Assembly (NCBI GenBank): GCA_040235515.1
Contig: JBECKX010000165.1
Span: 1-16,647 of the forward strand
Reading direction: 5' to 3'
Source of the DNA: Candidatus Zixiibacteriota bacterium
GTDB lineage: Bacteria; Zixibacteria; MSB-5A5; CAIYYT01
Length of the DNA: 16,647 bases
Shown: positions 6,701-13,945 of the stretch, in pieces
How positions within the stretch are numbered: position 1 is the stretch's first letter
Layout: every line of letters begins with the position of its first letter
Program-made: the position numbers and the translations under genes
Notes under the pieces: generated by a model
What the model was told of the DNA's origin: nothing
Databases searched by the model: none
What the model saw: only the letters and a program-made list of their open reading frames with translations

Positions 6701-9534
6701 GGAGCATCTCCGGAATCGCACCGGTAATTTCGCAAGCATCAGCCAACCTGTTCGTGGTTGGCAACATCGCCGACAACGCGGTTTCGGGGCACACAATTCG
6801 ATTCAGGCTCCCGGTAGGCGGCGCCCAGTATGTCTCGAACAACGATGGCCCGCTCGACAAGGCATTGCCGGCGAACTACTCATTCACCATCTCAGACTCG
6901 CCGCTGCAAATCTCATACTCACTGGCCCGGCGCAACTATACGGTCGGCCAGGAGATAGGTCTGACCGCTACAGTCAAGAACACTTCCAGTTCAGCGCTCG
7001 ACGCTGTCTTCGTCGACCTGCTGACTACCTCAAATCCGGAGCTGGTTTCTACCGAGGTCACCCACGCCGGGCCATTCACTTTCGCGGCCAGTGAATCGCG
7101 CGATGTCGCATTTCCCCATCTGACCCTCGCACCAGGTAGCGTCGACTGGACGCTGCAAGCGTATTCCGCGATCGGTTCAGACAGCTCGATTGTTCTTACC
7201 ACCGACCCCGTAGATATCTTTTCAGTCTCACCGCCGGTGGCGGTTAGAATGATAAACTCGATTCCGAATGCGGTAACTGTCGGCCAAACGCACGTGTTTC
7301 CTTTCAGTATCCGCTATGCCCTAACCGAGCCGACAGCGAGTGCCGCCCCTGCGCGACTCGACAGTATCACGATCTCGGTGACGAAACCGGACGGTACACC
7401 GCTGGCGGCGAATGAATGTTTCGCCCGCGTGGTTCTGTCAAATGGTTACGAGCCCCTCAGCGTGGTCGAGCAGGTGCCGGCGACTTCAGAACTTACGCTC
7501 CGCTTCACTCGATCACTGCTGCTCTCAGGGACGGCCGAAGGCCTGCTGGCGCTCAGGGTCGATATCGGTGAGGAAGCTACCGCCAGCGCATTCAAGCTTG
7601 CGCTCGCCGATGCATCCGCGATCTACTTCGCCGACGACAACTCGGACGTCGCCATCAGTATCGTCGCAGAGGGTGGATTCCCTCTGGTTACGCCATCGTG
7701 TGAAATCGACACTCCGTCCGATGCTATGGCGGTTTCAGCAGCTCCGCTTCTGAATCAATACGTCAATTTTGGTCAGCAGTCGGTCAAACTAATCTCGCTC
7801 GATCTCAGGCACCCCGGAGAAGTGGGTGAGTCCAGAGTTCAGCTCACTGGCCTGCGAATTCGCGTGGAGGATCAAGCCGGTGATCCCTTGAACATCTCCA
7901 GCATCATGGATGAAGTCGCACTCGTCTCTGACAATCAGGTCATCGGCAAGATCAACACGTCAACGATCGATACAGAGAGCCTCACCCTGAATCCATTCGC
8001 TCCACCGGTTATCTTCCCCGGTTCGACTCGGGAAGTTATCCTCTGCGCAACGATTTCCGAATCGCCTTTCGGGGGCGGCTTCAAAGTGATCATCGACGAC
8101 AGCACCGCCTTTGAGTTCAGAGACCTCAGCTCCGGTTCATTGGTGGAAGCCACCGCCGACACACTCGTACTCTCCACCGGACTGCTTTTCCCGATCTCAT
8201 CGGGAACCGCTGAATTCAAGTGTCCCGCTTCCGACCCGGAGGTATGTGTGAACGCTCCCCGGTCGGCATCCGTGATCGCCGGAGCTACCGCCGTTGATCT
8301 GGTGACGATTGAAGTCGGCTATCCGGCAGCCGGTGACTGTTCTCAGTCAAGCCTTTCGCAGGTCAACGTTTCGTTCTTTGACCGCGAAGGTCGCGCGCTC
8401 GACCCAAGCAAGTTGTTTGACCAGATCGGCTGCCGCAAAAATGATGGCAATGTCGCATACCAGTCGTTCGTCGAACTCTCGGGCGGTGACGCGGTGTTCC
8501 GGACCGATAACCTTGATCTCGCCCTGAACCCGGGAGAAAGCTACACGCTTACACTCGTTGCTGATCTCGAGGCGAACATCCCATACGACCACTTCAAGAT
8601 CGGCTTCGAACAGTCCGCGTTCAGATTCGCCGACGTGACCGATCCTTCAAACCAGTTGGGCGTCTCATCGCCGCTCGGATGTGCGGCCGAATTCCCGGTC
8701 GCCAGTGATGAGATAGCAATTCTGCTTCCGGCCGGAAAACCGGTCCTCTCGTGGGCTTCAAAGGCACGGGTGAGCTTCGCCGGCGAGCAGACGGTGACAG
8801 CGTTCGCCGGAACCTTACTCTACAACGGCCCAACCCCGCTGGGTGATCTGCTTCTGCAATCGCTGCACGGCAGTCTCATGCTGCGTACTTCAGATGGCTA
8901 CGCGCCGACAAATCTCGCGGAGGTCTTCCAAACCCTGACACTGCAGATAGGCGGCACGACAGCGCTGCAACTGACAGAGTTTTCAGGTTCCGACTTCAGC
9001 TTTGCGTTGACTGCTCCCTATGAATTGAACTTCGGCGGCGAGACCGCGATCGCGTTGCTGGCGGACCTGCAGCCCGCCGCGGCATCAGGAAGCTATGCGA
9101 TACAATTCGAGGATTCGACCTTTGTCTCAATAATCGACAAACAGCTGGGTGGCCCGGTCTATCCGCTGTTGTCCGCTACCGATTACCCGCTCCGCGGATC
9201 GGAGTTATCACTCACCTCTGCGGGACTGGCGGAGTCCTTCACCAACTACCCGAACCCATTCTATCCGGATCGTGGTGATAACACGACCATCGCCTTTGTG
9301 CTGCCCCAGCCGGGAATAGTGCACTTGAGGGTCTACACCATCACCGGTGAGTTGGTTGAGACTCTTATCGATGGACAACACCGCGCTGCCGGCGCATACC
9401 AGATTGACTCATGGGATGGTGCTAATAGCCGGAGAAATTCGGTTATCCCGGGGACCTACTTCTGCCGGCTCAATGTTCAGTATGATTCCGGTGCTTCGGA
9501 GACGGTCACCAGAAAGGTAGCGGTGATCCGATGA
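772..9534 (+). CDS. Giant (~2,920 aa) secreted multi-domain surface protein or adhesin-like T9SS cargo: signal peptide, right-handed beta-helix, CARDB-like, DUF11, 3x cadherin-like Ig, 3x Big_2-like Ig, 10 large beta-sandwich-like repeats, C-terminal T9SS/FlgD-Ig-type sorting domain
   Basis: The ORF is open from 685. GTG at 772 has a GGGGGAG SD 7 nt upstream and gives a clean signal peptide MQRLTLLLAISLIFTTPLAA|TTYYVSPGGND. Motifs include YYVSPGGNDGNSG and DLQSNSPCIDAG...APDMGAYE (beta-helix ends), VDLEVTKSAD...NHGPSTATGVEVTDILPAGLTF (DUF11), NxxPxL...DNGDGT repeats, VTPDS/T repeats and C-terminal NYPNPF...VYTITGELV...WDG...PGTYF...KVAVIR. Confidence 0.9.
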   Translation: MQRLTLLLAISLIFTTPLAATTYYVSPGGNDGNSGLSSGEAWAAIDNGDRLGVLQPGDSVLVLPGSYVAAASYELTSSGTSLQPIVYCKYGSGAVLIDGGTLPTGVVRLTGDYLIVDGLEVTGGNTVGVDILSDHCVVKYCHVHDSGARGIRVTGTYNTLLRNTISNTGVAGIEVGSEYNYSYNNTLYGCGTRGIHYSAGVTEGRIFNNICAGNSEGIRAKATVICGFNCLWSNTLNYTNTVVDSAGGIAADPRFVNAAAQNFDLQSNSPCIDAGLDLGYPYAASAPDMGAYELIEGADLELSNLVVEPSTIGGSRSFSVCSFTLSNNGPENILAAVVAFDFYLSENGSYGDDEVKIGTYSTIISLGPGGIQNFYLSGLALIGATSTWPADQPCGDYYVYGNIRIVTALTNDNYLFNNYARTNNSISYTGCPVVNVDLEVTKSADTDTSFVGSEVYYKITVQNHGPSTATGVEVTDILPAGLTFERDSALAGSYTEATGVWDIGTIAAGSGTGLYLFATVDPGTKGTKILNTASITDYNQTDTDAGNNTADYSISIINRAPQLAAIDDQTMFEGNHLAFTVSATDADGDAITLAATGLPQHATLVDNGDGTGEFEFQADATQAGVYTVKFIASDGDLADTLSVTITVNAKNFAPQLNTIGPKTVEVGNSLAFSATASDPDGTIPTLSAEDLPANAGFTDNGDGTGGFSFVPQFGQAGIYTVRFIASDGILADSEIVQITVVEDNVPPVLDPIGDQTVVEGDLLAFTVTASDANTSTPSISAENLPAGATLTDNNDGTADFSFSPSYSQAGSYAVLFIADDGLVADSEAITIVVYPAPVVRIAVTPDSATITADSTLQYSVRGYDAGNVEDDPGDITWSLTAAVGTIDPTGLFTPASAGNARVVARSDLGLVDTTALLAVIPGAIARLKVTPDSVQITIAKTGQFTAIAFDADSNLVADVTATADWSTTDPQGSVVQGLYTAGLAASPPGYFVRAESAGVADSAYVEVLSGVTFDKIVVTPDTATLQISDALLFHAIGIDDFGQPTEISNVSWEVLGGIGEIDADGHFTATTRGYGRVRATTSDSLASDLSNLILVEVPAVSATPLGNQFALPAGSGTPVLAFDITNQFAISSGFSGLTIRQKATGTTNANAVAADLDSLVLWRDLDLSATVSSGDQRIAAAPVGSAITSFSFSAVPILPYTQSRYLIAAGVSLFPRDNDTLDFFFLPATDVTTSDATPIAGQDTLNSLGRVIVDGMIAQQVAVGGIGNRNVESDGTLHQVMTIDIPRNGYEQDTLRQLSVVNQGSGGETDVDSLILFRDNGDLVWSGSALDQQVGAISYTGELWSTTGLAVPLTAQSNRFFILLKLAEFPTDGSTFALAVPERGIEVASRNDGPIDQMIESVDTVTVLSNKSVSIQALNIAPRTLIPGSATGPLVKFRVTNGTPNSLTLNRLDIRAYLSDPRSATQAQLESQVDSAVLYIKVDGNDAAFGGDDQYLKAGVMSGGAINFDGLGLILPQNGGSLTLAAGLYLDPLNCRDGNTVNLGIEGSTAIEFATATTLEGDFPIKNNEGFTLNAFPASAIKINPVAGKTLYPGQRNVLVLDFELPRNGYASDRLRALTLQQLGTQSSFDALAAVKLYADAGAAGFSGDDTYLGSFTRNGGTLRLTNLNQLVAQQSNRFLVTVDISDGQFSGGNFDLQITAAGATYSSGMTGPDDSPVSNPDYHLLLPSERITAVAIPVESKLLYPGSTNNVLLSFALYNGYAELDQTLESIRFTNLTESAAGEDFGDEEIGLLSLYLDQSSDGKTTDDPLLATGSFGDGRLQMSGLDINLSANALLYFVVVADISESAIDSDQLQISVESGSDLTFTDAVNINGDLPLTTVLPFTIDGSIASQYEIRALNPRTLVTGQDTVSLFALSAATNGILPDVLTSFTIENMGTATQVDFESLSLWHDDNNNGLREASDTRLGDLQYNNGRWSISGIAPVISQASANLFVVGNIADNAVSGHTIRFRLPVGGAQYVSNNDGPLDKALPANYSFTISDSPLQISYSLARRNYTVGQEIGLTATVKNTSSSALDAVFVDLLTTSNPELVSTEVTHAGPFTFAASESRDVAFPHLTLAPGSVDWTLQAYSAIGSDSSIVLTTDPVDIFSVSPPVAVRMINSIPNAVTVGQTHVFPFSIRYALTEPTASAAPARLDSITISVTKPDGTPLAANECFARVVLSNGYEPLSVVEQVPATSELTLRFTRSLLLSGTAEGLLALRVDIGEEATASAFKLALADASAIYFADDNSDVAISIVAEGGFPLVTPSCEIDTPSDAMAVSAAPLLNQYVNFGQQSVKLISLDLRHPGEVGESRVQLTGLRIRVEDQAGDPLNISSIMDEVALVSDNQVIGKINTSTIDTESLTLNPFAPPVIFPGSTREVILCATISESPFGGGFKVIIDDSTAFEFRDLSSGSLVEATADTLVLSTGLLFPISSGTAEFKCPASDPEVCVNAPRSASVIAGATAVDLVTIEVGYPAAGDCSQSSLSQVNVSFFDREGRALDPSKLFDQIGCRKNDGNVAYQSFVELSGGDAVFRTDNLDLALNPGESYTLTLVADLEANIPYDHFKIGFEQSAFRFADVTDPSNQLGVSSPLGCAAEFPVASDEIAILLPAGKPVLSWASKARVSFAGEQTVTAFAGTLLYNGPTPLGDLLLQSLHGSLMLRTSDGYAPTNLAEVFQTLTLQIGGTTALQLTEFSGSDFSFALTAPYELNFGGETAIALLADLQPAAASGSYAIQFEDSTFVSIIDKQLGGPVYPLLSATDYPLRGSELSLTSAGLAESFTNYPNPFYPDRGDNTTIAFVLPQPGIVHLRVYTITGELVETLIDGQHRAAGAYQIDSWDGANSRRNSVIPGTYFCRLNVQYDSGASETVTRKVAVIR
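2443..3273 (+). repeat. Three tandem 93-aa cadherin-like/putative-Ig repeats within the giant CDS
   Basis: Units start at 2443 (NRAPQL), 2722 (NFAPQL) and 3001 (NVPPVL), exactly 279 nt apart. They share LP..A...DN.DGT..F.F.....QAG.Y.V.FIA.DG...D....ITV. Confidence 0.85.
3283..4055 (+). repeat. Three tandem Big_2-like Ig repeats within the giant CDS
   Basis: Units start at 3283 (VVRIAVTPDSATI), 3541 (IARLKVTPDSVQI) and 3808 (FDKIVVTPDTATL). Each has a conserved Trp and a G.(F/Y)T motif. Confidence 0.75.
4060..6897 (+). repeat. Three tandem ~315-aa A+B double-domain repeats within the giant CDS
   Basis: Units are 4060-4998, 4999-5955 and 5956-6897. B halves share PRNGY..D.L/ATNG...D.L, QSNRF and (N/M)(D/T)GP.D. 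An identical 16-mer CCGCGTAACGGCTATG occurs at 4627 and 5587. Confidence 0.75.
7225..9219 (+). repeat. Four diverged ~165-aa beta-rich repeats preceding the C-terminal sorting domain
   Basis: Units start at about 7225, 7714, 8224 and 8728. Each has an early G(Q/A/E) motif and ends in (F/Y)xxxxxxS/A...D...(F/Y)P(L/I/V). The first three share a central D..G.(P/A)L-like motif. Confidence 0.65.
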
Positions 9535-11561
9535 GAAAGCTCCTGCTTGCACTGATGCTACTTATCTTGATCCCATCGATCCTCGGCGCTACCGGATCAC
9601 AGGGTACGGAGTCACCATTCTCTTTCGGCGCCGGGGCGCGCGAGATTGCGCTGGGCTCCGCCTCGATCGCGAGGCCAACCCCTGCCATGGCGCCTTACTG
9701 GAATCCCGCCTATCTGGCACGGGCGCAGCATCTCTCGATCCTGCTGTTTCATTCCCAGCTATACGAGAGTGATGTCGCCTATCAGTATGCCGGCCTGGTA
9801 TTCCCGACCCTCGATTACGGCACCTTTGGCGTCGGGCTTTTCCGATTGGGCGTGGATGGTATCGAACTGCGCGATGACAACAACTTCTTCCTGGGCGAAA
9901 CCAGCGAGAGCCGCCTTGCACTCTACCTCGCATACGGCAAGAGTGTATCCGGCTTCGACCTTGGCCTCTCCCTTCACATGGAACAACAGAATCTCGCGGA
10001 GTTGAAAGCGACATCATCTCCCGCCCTGAATCTCTCCCTCTCGCGGGGCATCGCCTCCGGTATCCCCTGGATGCCTGAAGTAACCGCCGTCCTCAGCGGC
10101 CGCAACCTGGTGGGGGAGAAACTGCGTCTCGACGAACAGAATATCGACCACCCTGTCTCGCTCGATGCAGCATTCTCCTCAAAACTGCTCTTCAGCGAAG
10201 ACCAGAATAACACGGTAGATCTGTCAGTCAGGGCCGCGAAGGTGGATAAGGTTGATCCGATCCTGTGTGCCGGAATCGAATATGGGCTATACAACACTCT
10301 CTTCCTGCGGGCTGGAGTGCGTGATTCCAGGTACTCCTTTGGAACCGGTCTTCGCATCCGCAATTTCCAGTTCGACTATTCATTGACCGATCGGGACCTC
10401 GGCAGTCTTCACCTCTTCAATCTGAGCTTCGATATTGGCGCCTCCCGTTCGGATCGCCTGCTCGCCAGAAAAGAACGCGAAGCCAACCGCTTCAATGAAC
10501 TGATGCGCGCGAGGTTGAGCGCTGAGAGTCAGGCGGTAATCGACTCCCTCGTCGGTAGCGGAGAGACCATGATGCAGGAAGAAGAATATGACCAGGCGAA
10601 ACTGCTCTTTGACCGAGCGCTGTTCCTCGCCCGCAGTTCCGGCGGCGACACAACGACCGTGGCTCATCTGGCACAGCACTCTGCCGCCCTCGTCGCCGAG
10701 TTGACAGATAAGCGTCAATTCGAAGCGATGCTCGATTCTGCGCGCACGCGCCTGGAGGGGGGCGACCTGATCGGGGCCAGATACTTCGCCTCGCAGGCGA
10801 CCACGATCAGGCCCGATGACACAGACGCTCTGCAACTGCAGCATAAAATCGATGAGCAACTGATCGAAACTGAGAATACGCAGAAGCTGATCAATGCCCA
10901 ACTGGACCTCGCTGATTCACTCCTCGCGTTCGGTAATGCCGCAGCCGCCATCGAGCAACTTGAACCGGTCAAGCAGATTCCCGAACACGACTCGCGTGTC
11001 GATCGCCTTCTGGCCCGTGCGCACTTCGAGCAATGGAAGCAGCGGGCGCAGATAGCGCTGGTTAAACGCGATTATCGCTATGCCGCGATCGCGGTGGATT
11101 CCGCCGGCGTCTACTATCCGAACCATCCCTGGTGCAAGGAATTCAGGTCAGAGATCACTGCCGCACGCCGAAAGAACGCTGATCTGGCAACGACGAAACC
11201 CACCGTGCAACAACCCATGGCGCAACGCGCGCCACTGAGTGACGCTGTCCGGACCGAGGTCGAGGAGAAATTCAAGGACGGCAAGCGCCGCTTCGAAGCC
11301 GGAAAGCTGGAGGACGCGATCCAGACCTGGGAATATGTCGAGCGGCTGGCGCCCGATTTCGAGGGTGTACGGAACTACCTGACGCGCGCTTACAAATTCG
11401 TGGGGGTCAAGCTCTACGGTCAGGATAAGCTGACTGAGGCGCTCGATGCCTGGCGCCGCGCGATGGAGTTGAACCCAAACGATGCCGAGTTAAGAGACTA
11501 CATCGACCGTACCGAGAGAGAACTCACCAACCTCAGGGAATTGACCTATGGCAACCAGTAA
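9531..11561 (+). CDS. PorV/PorQ-family outer-membrane beta-barrel fused to a C-terminal helical/TPR region
   Basis: Signal peptide MRKLLLALMLLILIPSILGA, family motifs GAGAREIALGSA and YWNPAYLA, and alternating beta-strands ending FQFDYS...HLFNLSFDIG (~nt 10440). About 370 helical residues follow, with TPR motifs (GKRRFEAGKLEDAIQTWEYVERLAPD; GVKLYGQDKLTEALDAWRRAMELNPND). ATGA overlap with the upstream stop. Confidence 0.82.
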   Translation: MRKLLLALMLLILIPSILGATGSQGTESPFSFGAGAREIALGSASIARPTPAMAPYWNPAYLARAQHLSILLFHSQLYESDVAYQYAGLVFPTLDYGTFGVGLFRLGVDGIELRDDNNFFLGETSESRLALYLAYGKSVSGFDLGLSLHMEQQNLAELKATSSPALNLSLSRGIASGIPWMPEVTAVLSGRNLVGEKLRLDEQNIDHPVSLDAAFSSKLLFSEDQNNTVDLSVRAAKVDKVDPILCAGIEYGLYNTLFLRAGVRDSRYSFGTGLRIRNFQFDYSLTDRDLGSLHLFNLSFDIGASRSDRLLARKEREANRFNELMRARLSAESQAVIDSLVGSGETMMQEEEYDQAKLLFDRALFLARSSGGDTTTVAHLAQHSAALVAELTDKRQFEAMLDSARTRLEGGDLIGARYFASQATTIRPDDTDALQLQHKIDEQLIETENTQKLINAQLDLADSLLAFGNAAAAIEQLEPVKQIPEHDSRVDRLLARAHFEQWKQRAQIALVKRDYRYAAIAVDSAGVYYPNHPWCKEFRSEITAARRKNADLATTKPTVQQPMAQRAPLSDAVRTEVEEKFKDGKRRFEAGKLEDAIQTWEYVERLAPDFEGVRNYLTRAYKFVGVKLYGQDKLTEALDAWRRAMELNPNDAELRDYIDRTERELTNLRELTYGNQ

Positions 11562-13173
11562 GCAGCCTGACCATGAGCTAAACGGCGCTGCCGAAGCTGA
11601 GGCTAGTGCCTGGCCCGATCCGCGCGGATTCAAGCGCTCGATCAGAACTCAGTTCGCGGTTGTGATCTCCCTGCTGACAGTACTGCTGGTGCTGGTCTCT
11701 GGATATGGTTTTTCGAATCTCTACATTTCAACTGTGACCAACGCCGAAATCGACAAGCTGCTCGTGGCCGCTCGCTCGTTCTCCGCACCTACCGGCAAAT
11801 TGATGATTACCGGTCATGGCGCCGACGAGCTGCTGCTGCAGAACGTCTGCAAGCGACTCAAGTCAGAAGGCGACGACATCTACTGGGTAGGCGTCGCCAA
11901 TGCCGAGGGCCACTTCAAGGCGCATACCGACATAGCGCAGGTGATCGACGGTGCGCGCACGCGAGAGTTCTACTCGTCAGACTTCAGCGAGCTGCTGCGG
12001 GAAAATGAGCATATCCAGCTCTCGCACGACACGCTCTTTGTCTCCGTACCGATCAGCGAAAATAACGCCCAGCTCGGAACCCTCAGTCTGGCAGCATCCG
12101 GTAAGGCGATTTCCGAGGCACGCAACACCTCTCTACTGACTGTGCTGGCTCTCTTCCTCGTCATGTTACCGCTGAGCGCATTGGTCCCGACGCTGGTGCT
12201 GCGGCGGCAATTGAAGCCGATCAAGGTGATTGCCGATGGATTGAAGTCGATCAGCTACGAAAATGCCAGGGTGCAGATCCCTTACTCCTCCCGGAATGAA
12301 TTCGGATTCCTCGCCGAGACATTGCGTTCGATGGGGGACCGACTCGAATCGACCAGACAACAACTTGCCGAACAGGAACGCATGGCGCGTGAACTCGAAA
12401 TCGCCCGTGAGGTGCAGATGAGTATTCTCCCGCGCGTCTATCCCGGCTCCGACGACTTCTCGACCGCTGCCGCCTACAGGAGCGCAAAGGAAGTTGGTGG
12501 TGATTACTACGATTTTATCAATCTGGGTGATGGCCGCCACGCGATCATCGTGGCCGACGTGTCCGGCAAGTCGCTTCCCGGCATGTTGATGATGCTGATG
12601 ACCCGTGATCTGGTGAAAAGCCACGCGCTCTCGATCGATGATCCGAAAGCGCTGCTGTGCCACGTCAACAGTGAACTGAAAGCGTCGATCCGCGAGGGGA
12701 TGTTCGTCACGATGATCTACGGTATCCTCGACTCACGCCACGCCACTTTCAACTTCGCTTCCGCAGGTCACAATCCACTCGCGATTCAAACACCCGGCGA
12801 TGAGGTTCCACGGCTGATCAAGACTAAGGGTTTTCCGCTGGCGATGTTCGATGGCGAACTCTTCAACAATCGCATCGAAACCCACAAGCTGACTCTGCAG
12901 CCGGGCGAAGCGCTGCTGCTCTATACGGATGTCATCACCGAAGCACAGAACAACTCCAGCGAAGAATTTGGTGTCGGGCGATTGACCGACGTGTTGCGGC
13001 GCAGACATACACTCGACTCGGTCGGGATCGTCCGGTCCGTTATCTCAGAAGTCGATGCTTTCGTTGGAAACGCTGAGCAATACGATGACATCACGCTCGT
13101 TGCCATCAAATGGGAAGCCGCCCGCCTGCTGGCTGATTCCCGGAAGTCGCAGAGGAACAGCTATGCATGTTGA
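11548..13173 (+). CDS. Membrane-bound HAMP-domain SpoIIE/RsbU-family PP2C serine phosphatase
   Basis: Two hydrophobic TM segments flank a ~135-aa extracytoplasmic domain, followed by HAMP (LKPIKVIADGL...NEFGFLAE). PP2C motifs: ELEIAREVQMSILP, EVGGDYYDF, IVADVSGK, SAGHNP, LYTD, QYDDITLV. Overlaps the upstream gene by 14 nt. Confidence 0.92.
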   Translation: MATSKQPDHELNGAAEAEASAWPDPRGFKRSIRTQFAVVISLLTVLLVLVSGYGFSNLYISTVTNAEIDKLLVAARSFSAPTGKLMITGHGADELLLQNVCKRLKSEGDDIYWVGVANAEGHFKAHTDIAQVIDGARTREFYSSDFSELLRENEHIQLSHDTLFVSVPISENNAQLGTLSLAASGKAISEARNTSLLTVLALFLVMLPLSALVPTLVLRRQLKPIKVIADGLKSISYENARVQIPYSSRNEFGFLAETLRSMGDRLESTRQQLAEQERMARELEIAREVQMSILPRVYPGSDDFSTAAAYRSAKEVGGDYYDFINLGDGRHAIIVADVSGKSLPGMLMMLMTRDLVKSHALSIDDPKALLCHVNSELKASIREGMFVTMIYGILDSRHATFNFASAGHNPLAIQTPGDEVPRLIKTKGFPLAMFDGELFNNRIETHKLTLQPGEALLLYTDVITEAQNNSSEEFGVGRLTDVLRRRHTLDSVGIVRSVISEVDAFVGNAEQYDDITLVAIKWEAARLLADSRKSQRNSYAC

Positions 13174-13945
13174 TGCGAAATCCCGGCAGCGGGTGACCAT
13201 TCCATTCGACCTGACACCCGATAAAGTCGCCAGCCTCGACCAGTTTATCGGCAGCGTGATTAAGTGCGGTGTTGCCGAACTGGTGCTGGAGTGCGCACAG
13301 CTGACAAAAGCAACTTCGGTGCATATCGGAATCTTGTGGCGCGCCTACCTGAAGGCGGTGTCCACCGGCGCAAGGGTGAAACTGGTCTCGGTCGGCCCGT
13401 CGCTCTACCGCATACTGAGAGTGCTGGAGTTCGATCGCCAGATGGATATTGATCAACTCCTGCCCGCCGCCGAGCTTGAGGATACCGGCAGGTTTTTCCG
13501 CAGTTCGACGCCACGTTCATTCAATTCTCGCTGCTCGCGTGAACTCGAAAGCAGCCGAATGATGGTGCGTGCCTTCAGGCGCTTCATCCGAACCCTGAAC
13601 CTCTCCAGTCATGATGCGATAGATCTGGAAACCGTTTTCTACGAAGTCCTCACTAACATCCGTAACTACGCGCAGCTCAAGTCGGGCGATCTGATTGAAG
13701 TTTCCGCGGAACTCAACCGCGACGAGATTCATATCGTGTTTGCCGATCCCGGTATAGAATTTGACCCAACCAGGCCGCGCGCCGAGTTCCAGATCACTAA
13801 GGCGCTCAAGGCGGGACAGAATCACGGATTTGGGCTAATCATGATTGCAAAAATGACCGATAATATGGAATACTACAGGTACGAGGACGGCTACAACGTT
13901 CTCAAGCTGACCAAGAAGATATCCGAGGAAACACCGGGTGCTTGA
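13163..13945 (+). CDS. STAS domain fused to an RsbW/SpoIIAB-like HATPase serine kinase (anti-sigma factor), 260 aa
   Basis: ATG 13163 with AGAGGA SD is preferred over the ORF-track start at 13055. The N-terminal part has a STAS pattern (ELVLECAQL...IGIL...VKLVSVGPSLYRILRVLEFD). The C-terminal part has the N-box EVLTNIRNYA, the D-box ADPGIEFDP and the G-box HGFGLIMIAKMTDNMEY. Confidence 0.85.
   Translation: MHVDAKSRQRVTIPFDLTPDKVASLDQFIGSVIKCGVAELVLECAQLTKATSVHIGILWRAYLKAVSTGARVKLVSVGPSLYRILRVLEFDRQMDIDQLLPAAELEDTGRFFRSSTPRSFNSRCSRELESSRMMVRAFRRFIRTLNLSSHDAIDLETVFYEVLTNIRNYAQLKSGDLIEVSAELNRDEIHIVFADPGIEFDPTRPRAEFQITKALKAGQNHGFGLIMIAKMTDNMEYYRYEDGYNVLKLTKKISEETPGA

Noticed and set aside
9531..9539. 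AGA as second codon of the barrel gene and of the divergent gene, near tRNA-Arg(UCU)
   Set aside because: A-rich codons are common right after start codons, so there is no evidence of tRNA-dependent control.
13055..13162. ORF-track N-terminal extension of the STAS-HATPase gene
   Set aside because: It would overlap the phosphatase catalytic C-terminus by 119 nt, whereas ATG 13163 has a clear SD.
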